Shown here in pieces: positions 37,062-51,484 of a stretch of DNA of 64,000 nucleotides (position 1 is its first letter; every line of letters starts with the position of its first letter). The notes below the pieces were generated by a model, which saw nothing but the letters and a program-made list of their open reading frames with translations, was not told the origin of the DNA and searched no databases. A program made the position numbers and the translations under genes. Source of the stretch: Callorhinchus milii (taxonomy: Eukaryota). Location: positions 42,844,001-42,908,000 of the forward strand of contig NW_024704742.1 in NCBI RefSeq assembly GCF_018977255.1, read 5' to 3'.

Positions 37062-37425
37062 TCAGGGTGGGGGCAACGTGGCTGAAGGCCTGCCCGCCAA
37101 TGATGGGGCGGGCGAGGCAGGGCTCATGAAGCAGGCTGGAGCCTGTTGAGCAGAGGGAGCGGGCAGGATGGTAGGGGTTAGGAGGTTGCAGAGGTAGGGG
37201 GGAGCAAGGCCATGGAAGGCTTTGAAGATGAGGACAAGGATCTTGAACTGTATCGTCTGTGTGATGGGAAGCCAGTGGAGGCGGGTGAAGATGGGGAGGA
37301 TTGGGTCACGGAACCTGGTGCAGGAGATGACACGGGCTGCAGAGATCTGGATGATCTGCAGCCTGTGGAGGGAGGAGTTGGGGAGGCTGACAAGCAAGGA
37401 GTTTGGATAGTCAAGCCTGGATGTT
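37062..37425 (-). mobile_element. L2 fragment
   Basis: ORF 37062-37463 contains ITSRLDYPNSLL and LHWLPI. Confidence 0.88.
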
Positions 37426-38399
37426 ATGAATATGTATAAGAGAGTACATAGAAAGCAAAACAACAGTGGCTACTGAAGGTGTCACCACGCAGGAATCACA
37501 TCGCTGACTCTGTTTCGAAGAGAGAAAGAACATGTATACCTGTTTGCCAAATTCTCCACAGGGTAATTCTGTAAAGTACAATGTACTGGTAGGAGGATTT
37601 GCAACAATACAACTGGGGATAGATCAGTCACAGAAGGTAGAGCCTGACTTTGAAACATTTGCACCAGTCCCACTCTGAAACATTTTCTCCATCATGAACG
37701 ATCTTAGAGCAAGCTAAATATATGCATAGGATTATGTCAACTGGCCACTGAAAACATCTAAAACTCTGCGTGGTATGCCAATGCCCAGAAGTATATTAAC
37801 ATGGCGGTTATTTTGCAAAGTACAGTATGTGGAATTGGGACTAAGCAGAGATGACAAAGATGATTGGGTCTCCAATCAACCTCTTCAAAGTTGGATACAA
37901 AGCTAGAAATCTCCTCGATGCTGCAATAAATGCTACCAAAACCCTCTATTATTGGAGTGTTCTTCTGAAGCTGAGGTGGCCCTAATCCATGGTACCACTC
38001 TCTGGATCCAACTCGTCTTAATGTGGTAACTAATACTTTGCAAATCTATAAATAGGACAAAGATAAATGTTTTATGAACACAGACTATGATAAAATATCA
38101 ACATGATGTATCAGAATTTTTGTCTTAATGAATTTTATTGTGATATATATTCTAATGTGGCAGAACAAATGGTCCACAAAAATTTTTTTTTTTTTCATAT
38201 TTAAAGCAAATAGTGTATATACGCGTCTGATAAAGGTAATTTACCAGGTAAAGGTAATTGCACCAACCTACATTGGTTTCAAAATACAAAGAAAATGGGT
38301 TCCACAGTACTTCAATTCTGACTTGTGTCAGACCAAGGACATAAAATTCTGTTCTCTACATAAATATTGCAAAAGCTTCTGTTTCCTTTGTGTCTTTAA

Positions 38400-38510
38400 T
38401 AATAATAATCCTTACAGTTGATATAGCACCTTATGATGTCTTTGAGACGTTTCAAAGCACGTCACAGAATATACTGTTAAATTAATTGACTGTCTATTTT
38501 GTGGGCGAAC
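38400..38510 (-). mobile_element. SINE 3' fragment
   Basis: AATAATAATCCTT...CACAGAATATACTG...TTTGTGGGCGAA. Confidence 0.8.
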
Positions 38511-39739
38511 ATTCTTTGTCTCCTCAAAATAATGCATTAATGAAATGCAATGAGTTATTGGACTATAAAATCAAATGGGTGAAATCATCAGCATTTACAC
38601 ATGAAGTGCTAGACTCGACATTTTGATGTAGACTCTACTGTAAGTTAACAGGCTTTGCTTGATCTATATGTAGGCTATAAATTATAGTTTTTTCTATGAA
38701 AATCATACAGATAGGCAAAAAGATACGTGAAAAAAATCTGGATACTAAAATACTATGAGTCAAGAAAATACAAATGTTAACACTAAATGAGTACAGCATA
38801 GCTCTGGGCAATTCTGGAGGTAAATAAATTGCAACATTAGCCTTCCATTGCAGCATGAAGCATTATTGCTATCTCCAAATAAGTTTGCCAAATATTGTCC
38901 CCAAGTTCCAAAATAAAATTTAAAACATATCAGCCTTGCTGCAGAGTCTTCATTAACTAAATACAGTTAAACATTCATGGTCTGAGTCTATACTAGGGAG
39001 GATCAATAAATACCCTGAAACCACCTAGTGTGCTGTTAAGCAATAGCCTACAAAATATATTTTCGTTCATTTTTGCTATTCCGTTGCATAATTCTTCTAA
39101 AAGAATTGCTCTATTTTCATTACATTCTTTCATTACTTTAAATGAAACACTTGATAGAATGCACATTGCTTTGAGCTATTCATCTGGGGATTCAATTTTG
39201 AATAGTTCTTTTCTTTATTGTACATTTTGGTGGGTTGGCTTGCTGTCTCCTTTCTGAAGTGTGATTCCTGCTGTGTTGTGATGTCTTGAATGATAGCAGC
39301 CTATGATACAAGTGCCATTCTTGATGTGAGAGCCTAGACAAGTGAGTGTCATCAAGCTATTCAACCATGTCAAGCCAAATCTAAAAGTCTGGTGCTGTCC
39401 ACACAATGTCCACACAAACACATACTTTCCAGCAGGGCTTTCTGGATGGTGATCAGCAGCAGAAAACTTGGTTGATTATTTCCTTTTCCCTTGTCCAATT
39501 GGCATTTTAGCTACTTATAGCAATTCCTCACACCCTAAGGTACCGCAGCTGAGATTAGCTACCTTAATACAAATCAGGATTTAAATTTGCAATTTTCTTG
39601 GCTGTATGTGTCAGTGCTACACCAGGCCACTATATTAGCATTTTTGGTTCTTCCAGTGTCAATAGAATCCCATTAAGGGTACAATTGCTTCTCCAATATC
39701 TTTTCTATCTATCTCTGTAGTCATCTCCAGTGCACTCCT

Positions 39740-40150
39740 AAGCATCCTTGGCCCATTCTCCACGTATCCCCTTGATAACACATCTATGAGCACATCCATT
39801 ACCTTCCACTTGTTCATTGATGACATGCAACTCTACCTCTCCATGATAATCTTCAATTCCAGGATTCAAGTTATTTTGTCTGACTGTCAGTCTGACATCA
39901 GGTCATGGATCACCTGTAACCATCCTTGTTTTCTACCTCCAGAAAGCTGCCTGCTTACATCCATTTCAATGTCATCATTTTTAGAATAAATGTCCTCAAT
40001 GCTATTCTCCCTACCTATTCTAGCTCCACCTTTTATAAACTTCAAGTCATCCAGGGTTATATTGCCTCTACCACACAATGTCCTGCATTCCTATCTTTCT
40101 TGGCTCCACTGGCTCCTTGTTCCATAGTGTATTGGATTCAAAATTCTCTG
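39740..40150 (+). mobile_element. Very old L2 RT fragment
   Basis: ORF 39786-39989 FHLFIDDMQLYLS...LSDCQSDIRSW is a degenerate YADDTQLY region. Confidence 0.7.
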
Positions 40151-40221
40151 TTGCCTTACTCCAGCATATCATCATTTCCAACACTGAAGTATCCTCTCTT
40201 CTGATTCTAATTGATGATGAA

Positions 40222-40530
40222 AGTCTGGCTCAGTGGTAGAACTCCTGCCTCTGCGTTAAAAGGTTGTGTGTTCAAGTTCCATGTCAGGTCTTGGAACCAC
40301 ATACTTTAAGCTGACCCTCCAATCCAGTGCTGGGGTTGTATTGCATCGTCAGAGATATCATCTTTTGGATGAGCTGTTAAACCAAGGTCCCTTCTGTCTG
40401 TTCTGGTGAACATTAAAGATCCTATAGTACTACTCAAAAAGAGAAGAGGGTTTCTCCCCATGTCGTGACCAACAAATCTCCAAATAAATTTGGTCGCTCA
40501 CTCCGTGGCTGTTTGTGGGACATTGCTTTG
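40222..40530 (+). mobile_element. Deu-domain SINE
   Basis: GGCTCAGTGGTAG head; GGATGAGCTGTTAAACCAAGGTCCC; AAAGATCCTATAGTACTA. Confidence 0.8.
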
Positions 40531-41886
40531 TGAACCTGGAAATCTACATATTTTCCAAGTATGAATAATGAACTGTGGTCCTTTCTTTACTGCCAGAACA
40601 CAGAACAGCAATTTGTGAATTGGCCAATAGTAAAATCCTAGAGCTCATACATTCTCAGCTGAATTTCATAAACTAACAGCGCCAAAAATAGCATCAAATC
40701 CTATTAATGATTAACTCTGCCAGGAAATTAGATTTACTTCCACAATTCTCATATCAGTGATTCTTTAATAGTAAAGAGAGAAGAAACACCACACACTGCA
40801 GTAATTTCTTTTTCAGACTGATGAATGTAATTCAGAGGGTGAATGTAATTTTTCCCAAATTAGTATATGTGCCCCAAGTAGGTTTGATGAAAGGCAGGCA
40901 ATTTGATTTGTAAGAATTATTAATAAATTGGTTCACAGCAAATATAACAGCTAACAAATCATAACCCTTCTTTGGATTCCCACCTGGATCTTCATTTACT
41001 CTTAATGTAACACTTCAGAGCATCCAGAATTTGCCAAAATTCTGATAATTATAATGTGAAGTTAGGTTCAAAACAATCAAGCAGAGGGACCAGTAGAAGT
41101 CATATGATTTCCATGACTGGAAACCCATCCTTCATGAGGTTCACTGCCACTTACATATGCATACAAATGTGTGCCCAACATTCCATGGTTGATTGCTCAG
41201 CCAGTCTTTTGATGTTAGAGGTGCAAAAAATGTTCTTAAGTCAGATGACGAAGAAAGTTCCCTTTAGTGCAAGTAACAAAACATTGGGTAAAAACCCTTA
41301 TCAGGCAATGGTTAAATGCATTTCTTTGTGTTCAATCTGGTTGTGAAATACAAGGCAAGATTAGAGCTTGCTCTATTTGTGTTGTGGTCCCTTTTCCATC
41401 AAAATATTGAAGTTTTTTTTCTTAATTCTATGAATAATAAATATATTAAAATATTTATATTTCACACAGCATTACTGCCTTATACTGACAGCTCAAAGCA
41501 AATACATAGCACAGCATTGCTTCAGGTTGTCTTCAAAGATGTCAAGTTGCCATCTATATTTTCTGTATCACTTCAGTATAATTAATTTGAACAGAGAAGT
41601 TGAATGAATAAGCAAAGCCACCTTTACACTCAAGGGTCAGTCTAGTACTAATGAAGTGAGGGTTACCTAAATATTAAACACTGTGGTGTATGCACATAAT
41701 ATGAACCTCTAAATGGACTCAACTGCTTTAGTCGCAATTTGGTGCATGAAAGCCAATTCATGGCAGTGCTGTCTGATACCTTCACATGATGTCACTGTTT
41801 ATGCGACATACCTCACATCATATGTACGTGTAGTTATACTGCAGTGGGGGGGGGAGAATGTTACTGTTAACCAGTAAAAAAAACAG

Positions 41887-42149
41887 CAGGAGAGCCTTCA
41901 GCCACTCTGCCCCCAACCTCTGGAATTCCATCCCCCAATTACTCCGCCTCGCCTCCTCCTTAGCCTCCTTCAAGTCCCACCTCAAAACCCTCCTCTTCGA
42001 CCATGCCATCGGCCACCCCCCTTCTCCTCCCCTCCCTTCTCTCCCCCCTGACCCCAGCTCGGGTCTGAAATGCTGTACACTGTCCAGCGCCTTGGGACGT
42101 CCTCCCGACGTGAAAGACGCTATACAAATGTAATCTTGTTGTTGTTGTT
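41887..42149 (+). mobile_element. L2 family B 3' end
   Basis: Matches the reverse complement of 9150-9410; (GTT)n tail. Confidence 0.93.
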
Positions 42150-42550
42150 ATTCATTCCTACTGACTTCAGAGATGGGATTTCACAATACAATACACATTT
42201 ATGTAAATCTTTCACTTTGGGAGGATATCCGAAAATGTATTCACAGTGTTGGATGAGAACCAGTGATCAGTTGGGAGCTGGTTTGCGGGGTGGGGGGGGC
42301 TGCGTGGAGAGTGGAAAGATGACCAAACCATGGTCAAAGAGATACACTTTGACCATTCCTTAAAAAAAGGAAGTGAGGGACTCAGAGGTGGAGTTCCAGA
42401 GAGTGGGAACTGAATGGCAATAGAAAAACAGTTATAATTCCCCATTGTTGACTGACCTCTTCCAGTGACTTCTACTGAAAAACATGAAAGCATGGACATC
42501 AGGTGAGGGTAGGATAGGGGTTGCCTGTAATGTACACATTGAGTTGAACA

Positions 42551-43242
42551 ACCTCCGGAACATCGCCAGACTACGGCATTACCTCACCCCTCACGCTGCT
42601 GAAACCCTGGTCCACGCCTTTGTCACCTCAAGGCTGGACTATGGGAACTCTCTCCTCGCCGGCCTTCCCGGCACCTCCCTCCACAAGCTGCAGGTCATTC
42701 AGAACTCTGCAGCTCGTGTACTGTCCCGCACCAGGCTTCGCGACCACATCACTCCCACCCTCGCTCGCCTCCACTGGCTTCCCATCCCCCAGAGGATTGA
42801 TTTCAAGATCCTCATCCTCACCTACAAGGCCATTCACGGCCTTGCCCCCTCCTACCTCTCCAACCTACTATCCCCCTACCTACCTGCCCGTACCCTCCGT
42901 TCCTCTGGCTCCGGTCTGCTCCACGTCCCCCGCCCCAATCGCCCTACCATCGGTGGTCGGGCTTTCAGCCTCTCAGCCCCTAGGCTCTGGAACTCCATCC
43001 CCCAGTGCCTTCGCCTTGCTTCCTCCCTTTCCTCCTTCAAGGCCAGTCTCAAAACCTTTCTCTTTGACCGAGCCTTCAGCTCCCCTCTCGACTCTCTTCC
43101 CCCTCCTCGCTCCCTCCCTTCCCTCCCCTCACCCTGACCATTTCCCCTGCTCGGGTCATGACCCAACTGTGCAGCGCCTTGGGACGTCCTCCTGACGTGA
43201 AAGGCGCTTTATAAATGGAATCTTGTTGTTGTTGTTGTTGTT
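42551..43242 (+). mobile_element. L2 family A, 5'-truncated, ORF2 C-terminus uninterrupted
   Basis: The frame of ORF 42484-43137 stays open through LRNIARLRHYL...FKASLKTFLF to its stop; stem-loop and (GTT)n tail follow. Confidence 0.96.
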
Positions 43243-43411
43243 CTCAAAGTCACTCTCAAAGATCCTACGCAAAGAACAGAAAATTGGGCAAAGTCCCAAA
43301 CTACCACGGATACCTGTGCAATCAAACACTACCATCTGTCGCTTCCTCCAAGAAAAGGGAAAGAGAATTGATAAGCAGAGATGGGTGGAAATAAAAAAGG
43401 AAAACATAAAA

Positions 43412-43645
43412 ATAATAATCCTTGCATTTGATACAGCACCTTATGACAAGTGCTTTACCGAATATACTGTAAAGTGAATTGATTGTATATTTTGTGGGTG
43501 AAACACGGCAGCCAATTGCACCTAGCAGTGTCCCACAAACAGTTGTACATTGAGTGACCAATTTATTGTAATTTTTTTAAGGAATTATTACCACCGGAAA
43601 AGCGATCTGCCAATCAACTAACATCCGAGTTCCTACTTACTGCTA
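43412..43645 (-). mobile_element. SINE long form, head missing
   Basis: Tail, 3' module and TTCCTACTTACTGCTA. Confidence 0.85.
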
Positions 43646-45298
43646 ATAGTTACCAGAACACTTATAAAGGATGAATAAGAATGGAAAAGATTCAAGGGGA
43701 AATCATTCTCATGATGGACCAACTGGAGGTAGACAATAAAGTTGTAACTGCAGTGCTAAGTCATTTTAAACTTCAAGAAATTTTAGATGAACGACATAAC
43801 ATAGAGCTATATTATTTCTTTATTATAATTGTATTTTATTAAATGCCATACAACATGCGTTCAAAATTCAAGATAATTTTCTGCATTGTGTAATTATGTG
43901 TGCTTTATAAATAAATAATAAGCAGACAGAGAATACTGTATTTATTTCAATAATAATGAATGGTTAAACCCAGGAATTTCCAAAAAAGCAAGAGAGTAAG
44001 ATCATGAAAATATTCGTGGTAACCTCTAAATGTGATTTGCAAGGTAATAATAAAAATGTAATAAACTTCACCTGTGCAATACGACTGAAATTGCATAAAA
44101 GTCTAATCAGAGTCCTTGGAAAGAAAAGTGATACTAGAAACAATTTGGAGTCATATTTTGTTTGAGAGGAGATTGTTAAGAGATGAAGCAAAGAGGATCT
44201 TGACTGCTTCAGAAACAGAGCAATTATGTAAAACAGGAGAATTAATGGTAAAGGATGACATTATAACTATGAAAAGGTTAGATGTAACGGCAAAGAATAT
44301 GCAATAAGCAATATGGATAGAAATGTTGTAATGAGGACAAAATAATAAATGGCAAATGCTGCTAACTGCTAGCTCAAGGCACACGAGTACAGCAGAACTT
44401 GTGTGTCGTATCGACAAAAGAAGCTGCAAAGATAGTTAAATGATAATCTTGGAGATGTCAATTAACTAGAGGTGAAGTGGAGAAATCAAAGAAAAACAAG
44501 CTGTGAATGTAAATTTCAGAGTTAAAAAATTAACATCTTTTTCACCCTTTACTGTGTGATCTGTTGTCTGTAGAATCAATTCACTCCTCTCAGTTCAATG
44601 CAAATCTATTTGTTTTGATATAAGGGGGTCTAAGTTCTGCAATATTTGTATGATATTTTAAGATCTGGTGCATCTATCTGTTTACTGAACGTAAATTTAT
44701 TATAAGATGTGCTTGTCACAATTCATAATGGCCAGCTAGTGGGAGAGATCAGATTTAATCCATTAAAAAATAGAGTGGAACTGATATCCTGCTAACCGGC
44801 ACTCCATTGCAACCATGCCTTAGTTTCTCCTGCAAATCTCCTCCGAACCAGTTCAGCCCGAGGTACACCCACTTTTCTCTCCCCACAACAAATATATTTT
44901 ATGTACAAATTCATGGGGTTGCCAAAACTCTCATTGAGAAGGTGGATACCAGGCGATAACTTGCATTTGGATGCCAGGCGAAGCATCTCAGGACATAGCG
45001 CAAAACTCCGAGGGAATCTCATGCCAACCTGGACTATGGCCCAAGAATATATTTTGATTGAATTGTTAAAATGTAGAAACCTAAATGTACATGTTTACCA
45101 TTAAAATATTAATGGAAAATAAATTTGCCATACTTATACTGCTACCTTTGTGGTCCTAACGCTTCATGCGGAGTTGCACAATTCAATATCGTGTCTCAAT
45201 ACACACCACAGTTGTCATACACGCAGGAAAACCTATTGTTGTCTGAGATCTCCATTTGTTGACGAACCAAAGCTCATGGGGAAAATTCCCAATCAGGT

Positions 45299-45458
45299 AG
45301 GAGTCCTGTAGCTCAGTGGATAGAGCACTCACCTTGCAAGCGAGAGACTTGGGTTTGATTCCCAGCAGGCGAAACCTTCGGCAAATTTCCTTACTCCACA
45401 CTCCTGATAATAATCCCTCAAGAAAAAAAAATAATAATGTGGTCACTCAATCCACGAT
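45299..45458 (+). mobile_element. SINE short form, 5' half
   Basis: GGAGTCCTGTAGCTCAGTGGATAGAGC...CCTTACTCCACACTCCTGATAATAATCCCTC. Confidence 0.85.
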
Positions 45459-45599
45459 TGAGTGATATTCCATGGACACTTTGTGACCACTTATTAACTA
45501 ATTGGGAGGTTACGCAACACAATCTTTGCCCGTTCAAAGTGAAATTCATGCTGAACCTGCACAAATCATGTAAGTTTGCTGCTGTTTTATGGAGCCAAG

Positions 45600-45905
45600 G
45601 CCAATATAAATTTGGGCTGAGGTACGCCTGCTGTTATTAACCCTAAAAGCCAAAGCCCTAACAGGTTGGGGTGGTCCTAGCTGGAGAAGCAGTAGCAAAG
45701 CTTACCAGACAGTGCTCTCAACGACAGGTTAAGTAGTTTCAGGTGGTTAAACTTCAGCTGTTACCCAAGCACAGACTATGGGGTCCCCCAACCTCCAGAG
45801 AGAACCTGAGCATTCTATTGCAAAACACAGGAAATTCCACGTGTAGGTGGTGATGAATGCACAGTAATGAATTTCTGTGTTTGTCAAACACATGGTTCAC
45901 CAAAC
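45600..45905 (-). repeat. Unclassified old interspersed repeat, copy 3
   Basis: TTAACCCTAAAAGCCAAAGCCCTAA...CCAGACAGTGCTCTCAA...TTCCACGTGTAGGTG parallels 62210-62470. Confidence 0.65.
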
Positions 45906-47478
45906 AAATCCTATAGCTGGTGCAAAGTAAAATTTTAAGTTTAAGAGACCTAATATTTAAAAAGTTTTGGAATGATCGACTGGATCTCTTCATCAGCTTT
46001 CTACCTTTAGTGATCATGATTAGCGGATAGTACTAGCCCCTCAATTATATTAAAAACTAACCAGCATTTAGGTTCCAGGTTAGCAAAGATCTGTACATGT
46101 CCAGAATTCCACTTCATTTGCAGGTCAAGAGCGATATAGAGCTAGGTAATTACGAACTACCACCTTGCACTGTTCCACCTCAGACACCATGCCAAACCAA
46201 AGCCTGCAACATTAACTAAGGCACAAAATTTAACATATAGTAAACTCCTAATATCTCATCACTCCAAAGGAAAAGGGCTCAATGACGAGTTATCCAAAGT
46301 GGCAAGTTAGGCATATGTATAAATACAAAATTGCTGCTGGCATGATGACTTAAGTGGTAGTGACAAGCTAAACCAGGGTCGAGTTATCAGGAGTTTACTG
46401 TGATTATTCTCCCCGTGGCTATGCCACTTCTACTGGCAAAGAATCACAAAAATTATAAGACTATTTTCAGATTACCAAAAACATCCAAATGCTCAGCCAC
46501 TATTCTGCGTATACAGTGAATTGACAATATAAACTTGAACAGTTTGCAGTCTAAATACACTTCTAGAAAATTCTGTTCATTAAAAAAAATGTAATTAATG
46601 TTTTAGGCTACAGGTTAGGTAATATCATTACAACATATAAACATCATTGAACAATAGATGTTATAGCTACAAAAATAGCATTTAAAAGGAAATAAGGGCT
46701 AAGTGAACTTGACAATATAAATTTGAACACTTTGCAGTTTGTAGTAACCTGGTTGGTTGAAATGATGCACATCTTAGAAGAGCGGAATCTAATATATTCA
46801 TATACAGAGCAATAATAAGGAACTGTGCATGGAATGAGATGGTGAAGTAGCAATGGAAATACTCTTACGTATTTTCTTTATTCTTATTCTTATTCTTATT
46901 CTACAATGAAGAAAACTAGTAGCGAATATGGCTGGACAAATGTGAGAATTCTTGAGCAAGTTTGGCAAGTGCAATATTCTACAAAGTATATAAAATATTA
47001 TGTCAGAACACTGTAGGCATGAAATCTAGAGAGCAAATCTATTTACTGCTCCTGGATTCAATAAAGTTGAATGTGATGTGAAACAATGGCCTAATACCCC
47101 ATACTAGAATCTTCCTGCTATAAAATTGAACACTTCCACTCAGCCGGCTAAAAGATTATAGCTGCAGCACAACCATAACAGTGCTATCAATTAAGTCAAG
47201 TCTTCACTTGCATGGCAGGAGCTGCGGCAGCTCCACCCGATATTCTTTATCCATCCGGAACATTCTCACAGAGTGCCCGCACTGCTGCCAGTACAGCTCT
47301 TCTTCACTGTCAATGCCTGAATCCTGCCCTGTGTATACTGGAATGTAAACTGAGTTGAACATCACTTCCTAAACTAAGATTGGAAGAGCAAACAATAGTC
47401 CATGGACACTCTGTTTTCTCCAACAATACCCCAGGCCATTTCTCCAAGCCTCCTGTGCTCTATATCTGTGCTGATATA

Positions 47479-47899
47479 CCCTACCTACCTGCCCGTACCC
47501 TCCGTTCCTCTGGCTCCGGTCTGCTCCACGTCCCCCGCCCCAACCGCCCTACTATCGGTGGTCGGGCCTTCAGCCTCTCAGCCCCGAGGCTCTGGAACTC
47601 CATCCCCCAGTGCCTTCGCCTTGCTTCCTCCCTTTCCTCCTTCAAGGCCGGTCTCAAAACCTTTCTCTTTGACCGTGCCTTCAGCTCCCCTCTCGACTCT
47701 CTTCCTCCTCCTCGCTCCCTCCCTTCCCTCCCCTCACCCTGACCATTTCCCCCTCCTCTCTCCCTCCCTTCCCTCCCCTCACCCTGACCATTTCCCCCCT
47801 TCTCGGGTCATGACCCAACTGTGCAGCGCCTTGGGACGTCCTCCTGACGTGAAAGGCGCTCTATAAATGGAATCTTGTTGTTGTTGTTGTTGTTGTTGT
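47479..47899 (+). mobile_element. L2 family A 3' end
   Basis: Near-identical to 42874-43242, with two 3'UTR repeat units and a long (GTT)n tail. Confidence 0.95.
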
Positions 47900-49494
47900 A
47901 GCAACTACAAAGATTATGTCTGTGAAATATGTTAGGTTGCAACTGTGGCTAACTGCAACCTGCTCTGCCACTTGGGGTGAGAAATTGCTGCGGTAACACC
48001 GATGATGTCTACTTAACATGGCATTCACTCCTGATGGCTCACATTGTCAATGTCACTGTATCTATTGGTATGAGGAACAACTATTTTCAAAATAATGTCT
48101 CTATGAGAATAGGAATGTTCGAGAATGCTGACAATCCTAACTTGCAGAGGAAAACTACCAATTTACCACTCTTTCCCCACAATACAGACAACAGGTTTCT
48201 TCAATACTGGTCACTTTATAACTATTCTCATTGCTATTCTCAGGAGAGAACTATTCTCAGGAGAGAAAGCATTTCAGAAAGCACCTTGTATTAATACAGG
48301 TCACTTCCAGATACATAAATTTAGTGATATAATGCGCGTTCCAGCAAATGGCAACTCTAACATGTATTCTTTTTTTAAAAAAATTCTAGTAACTGCTGAG
48401 AGCACAGCAAGACATTCTAAAATCCTGCAGAATTTGTGAGGAATGAAGCACCAACGATGAAGTTTTTCTATATAGCAACTGCAAATTTGGTTATATATTT
48501 AGATATGCATCTCAGCGTGAAGTCAGGAAGCTCAATATTCACACTTAAACCATGACTCACTTCTGAAGGTAATAATACTTAGAGCCAATATGACCAAGTG
48601 AAAACAACACATCTCATCAATAAGCTAACTGGCTACTCCTGGAAAGATGCTTCTACAACTCAGTAGGAAATAATAAACCACCCTCTGTCATTGAAATAAT
48701 ACTAAAATGAACCATTTTAAGGAAAAATCACTCCTGTATCTCATATAACATAATGTATAATTAATGTAGCAATTTTTTTTCATACATGTATGAAATAAAC
48801 TTTGTATTCAACCTTTAACTATCATTACTCTACCTTGGTTTCAATCTGCCTCTTCCTTGTGTATTCTAACTACAGAATGAACCTACCAAAATTAAGAACA
48901 TTGAAAAAAATCAAATATAAGTATATGCAGAAACATTTGTAGAATGAATTTCATCGAATTTTATATTTTTCTTACATTCACACTGTATTCTCATTGTCAA
49001 ATTCCAACTTGATTTTACACTTTATTCATTGACTCTCATTTGGTCCTTTTATCAGTTTCATTTCTCTTACCACTTTTCATTTTTGCAAACAGTTTTCACA
49101 TAAGTCTGTTTAATGCATTTTTAATATAGTTGTATTGCTCCAGTCTGCTTTCTTTCAGAAAGCAATTACTTTACCTTTGACTTTACAAAATGTTGTTGAA
49201 TCAGGAGAAAGAGGATGTGCTAACAATCCAGGTACTTGCTTTGAAACTTATCTTTTATAAGCAAGTAAATAATATCTGGACCGTGCCACATCATATAAAC
49301 ATGCTTGGTATACAATTGCTAATATTTTATTGAATCTCTGTGTCATTTTGTATATATTTGAGGGTTTTATCGATTTCCATTTTGCCTATATACGATTTAT
49401 TGTGAAGACAACGATGTAGAGTTTTGTGCATTGCCTAAACAGGATTACCTTCTGTAGTATGACACAAAATAGACATTAACATGTTAGACAAATT

Positions 49495-49895
49495 ATAACA
49501 ACAATCATCCTTACATATCTCAAAATGTTTTGCAGGATATACTGTAAAGTGCAGTGACTTTTATTTGTAAGTGAAACACGAAAGCTAATTTGCACACAAC
49601 CATGTCCCACAAATGGCCATGAATTGGATGACCAATTGTATTTGGGGTGCTGTTGGCCAGGATACCAAGAGAAATCCCGTTTCCTTTTCAATTAATACCA
49701 TTTAATGTCTACCCGAACAAGCAGGTGGGACCTTGGTTTAACATCTCATCTGAAGGGCAGAGCCTTCCACGATGCAGCACAACTCCAGCATTGCACTGCA
49801 GGGTCAGCTTCAGCTATAATCAACTTCTCATGTGGAGCTTGAACCCACAATCTTCCGATTCAGAGGTGAGAGGCCTACCAACTGAGCCAGATTGA
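49495..49895 (-). mobile_element. Deu-domain SINE
   Basis: GGGACCTTGGTTTAACATCTCATCTGAAGG (Deu domain, reverse complement) and CCAACTGAGCCAG head. Confidence 0.8.
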
Positions 49896-50305
49896 TACCC
49901 ATTGAGCCAGACTACCAAATTATCCTTTCCATGCTGGAAACTATACAATCATTCTTCTGTCACAATACACAGCAAGTTCACTACAAAGAATATATAATTT
50001 CTTCAGAAAACACAGTGTACTGACTAGTAAGCAACATACAAATAACACAAATAAATGGTATTCACAATTAGATCTTCTGTTCAAAGATCAGGATTTGAGT
50101 TTTTAGCTCAGGATCTTTATAGTTTGACAAAATAATGCACCAGAAAATTAATGGAAGGACTCATTCAATCATAACTGCATACATTTATTTCAAGGCACAT
50201 ACAATCCATCAACACTAAACAAACTGCTGAAACATTTTATTTGACCTTCAATGTGTTAGTGGAATGTTGTGAATTTTGAACAAGAGCTTCAAAGTCTTAA
50301 TATAT

Positions 50306-50370
50306 TTTGGGACGTCCTCCCGACGTGAAAAGCGCTATATCAAATGCAAGGATTATTATTATTATTATTA
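50306..50370 (+). mobile_element. Ultra-short SINE 3' end
   Basis: TTTGGGACGTCCTCCCGACGTGAAAAGCGCTATATCAAATGCAAGG(ATT)n. Confidence 0.85.
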
Positions 50371-50582
50371 TAAGCTATTATTGCGAGCGTCACCTATTCA
50401 GTCATTGTTAACAATAACATGACAAAGTGCAAATAGATACAATAATAATAATAATACAAAAGTGATAATACAAAAGAGATACAAAAGTGTGATTGGCAAA
50501 GGTGAAATGGATGTATATTTTAGAATGGACTTAAATATCAATAAGTGAAGTAATCAAACTACCTGGAAATTGTGAAGAAGAT

Positions 50583-51484
50583 GGTTCAGACCTCATTTAG
50601 AGTACGGTGCTGAATTGTGTTCAATTTCAGACAATAATCTTAAGAAGGTTAAATCTCTGGACGGTGTCCAGATACAAGTTACTAAATTAATTCCTGATCT
50701 GAAGAAGTTCAGCTATGATAACAAGCTATGGCAACTTGGGTTACAGTCCTAATAATAATAAGAATCCTTGCAATTAATATAGTGCCTTATCACATCTTCA
50801 AGAAATCTCAAAGTGCTTCACAGACTATACTGTAAAGTGAATTGACTGTATATTTTGTAGGCAAAACGTGGCAGACAATTGCACACAGCAGTGTCCCACA
50901 AACAGTCGTGGATTGATTGACCACATTATTTTTTTTTTGGAAGGGATTATTACTCCCGGAAATGCAATCCACCAATCGACAAACAACTGGGTTCCTATAT
51001 ACGGCTAGGTAAACAGAGGTGTGTGGAGTAAGGAAACTTGTCCAACATTTCGCCCTGCCAAGGAATTGAACCCAAGTCCTCTCGCTTGCAAGACGAGTGC
51101 TTTAACCACCAAGCTACAAGACTCCTAGAGCTGAGGAAGTTACAAGGTAATCTGATTGAGATCTGGTGTTTAAAGTGATTAAATAAATTGACAAGTTGAA
51201 CAGTGAATGGCTCTTCCTTCTGGTAGAGGAATTCAAACAAGGGGAGATAATTAACATTAATGCTAAAATGCTTAGAAAACATTTTTCCAGAGGGTTGTGA
51301 AAATATGGAATACCGAGAAGGCCATTCAGACAAAATTAATTGGGTTATTTAAACAGATATTCGTTAGTGAAAGTGACTTGCTCTGTTAGTGAAAGTGACT
51401 TGCTCTGTCAAAGAGCCGGCACAGAATCGATGGGCCGAATGGTCTCCTTCTGTGCTGTAACATTCTATGAATCTATGAATCTAT
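50583..51484 (+). mobile_element. CR1 LINE 3' part, interrupted by a SINE
   Basis: AGACCTCATTTAGAGTAC (RPHLEY); 3' end GATGGGCCGAATGGTCTCCTTCTGTGCTGTAA with a (TCTATGAA)n tail. These may be two adjacent CR1 pieces. Confidence 0.75.
50751..51125 (-). mobile_element. tRNA-derived SINE, long form, full length, nested in CR1
   Basis: Tail at 50751, head at 51125; CR1 sequence resumes on both sides. Confidence 0.92.
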
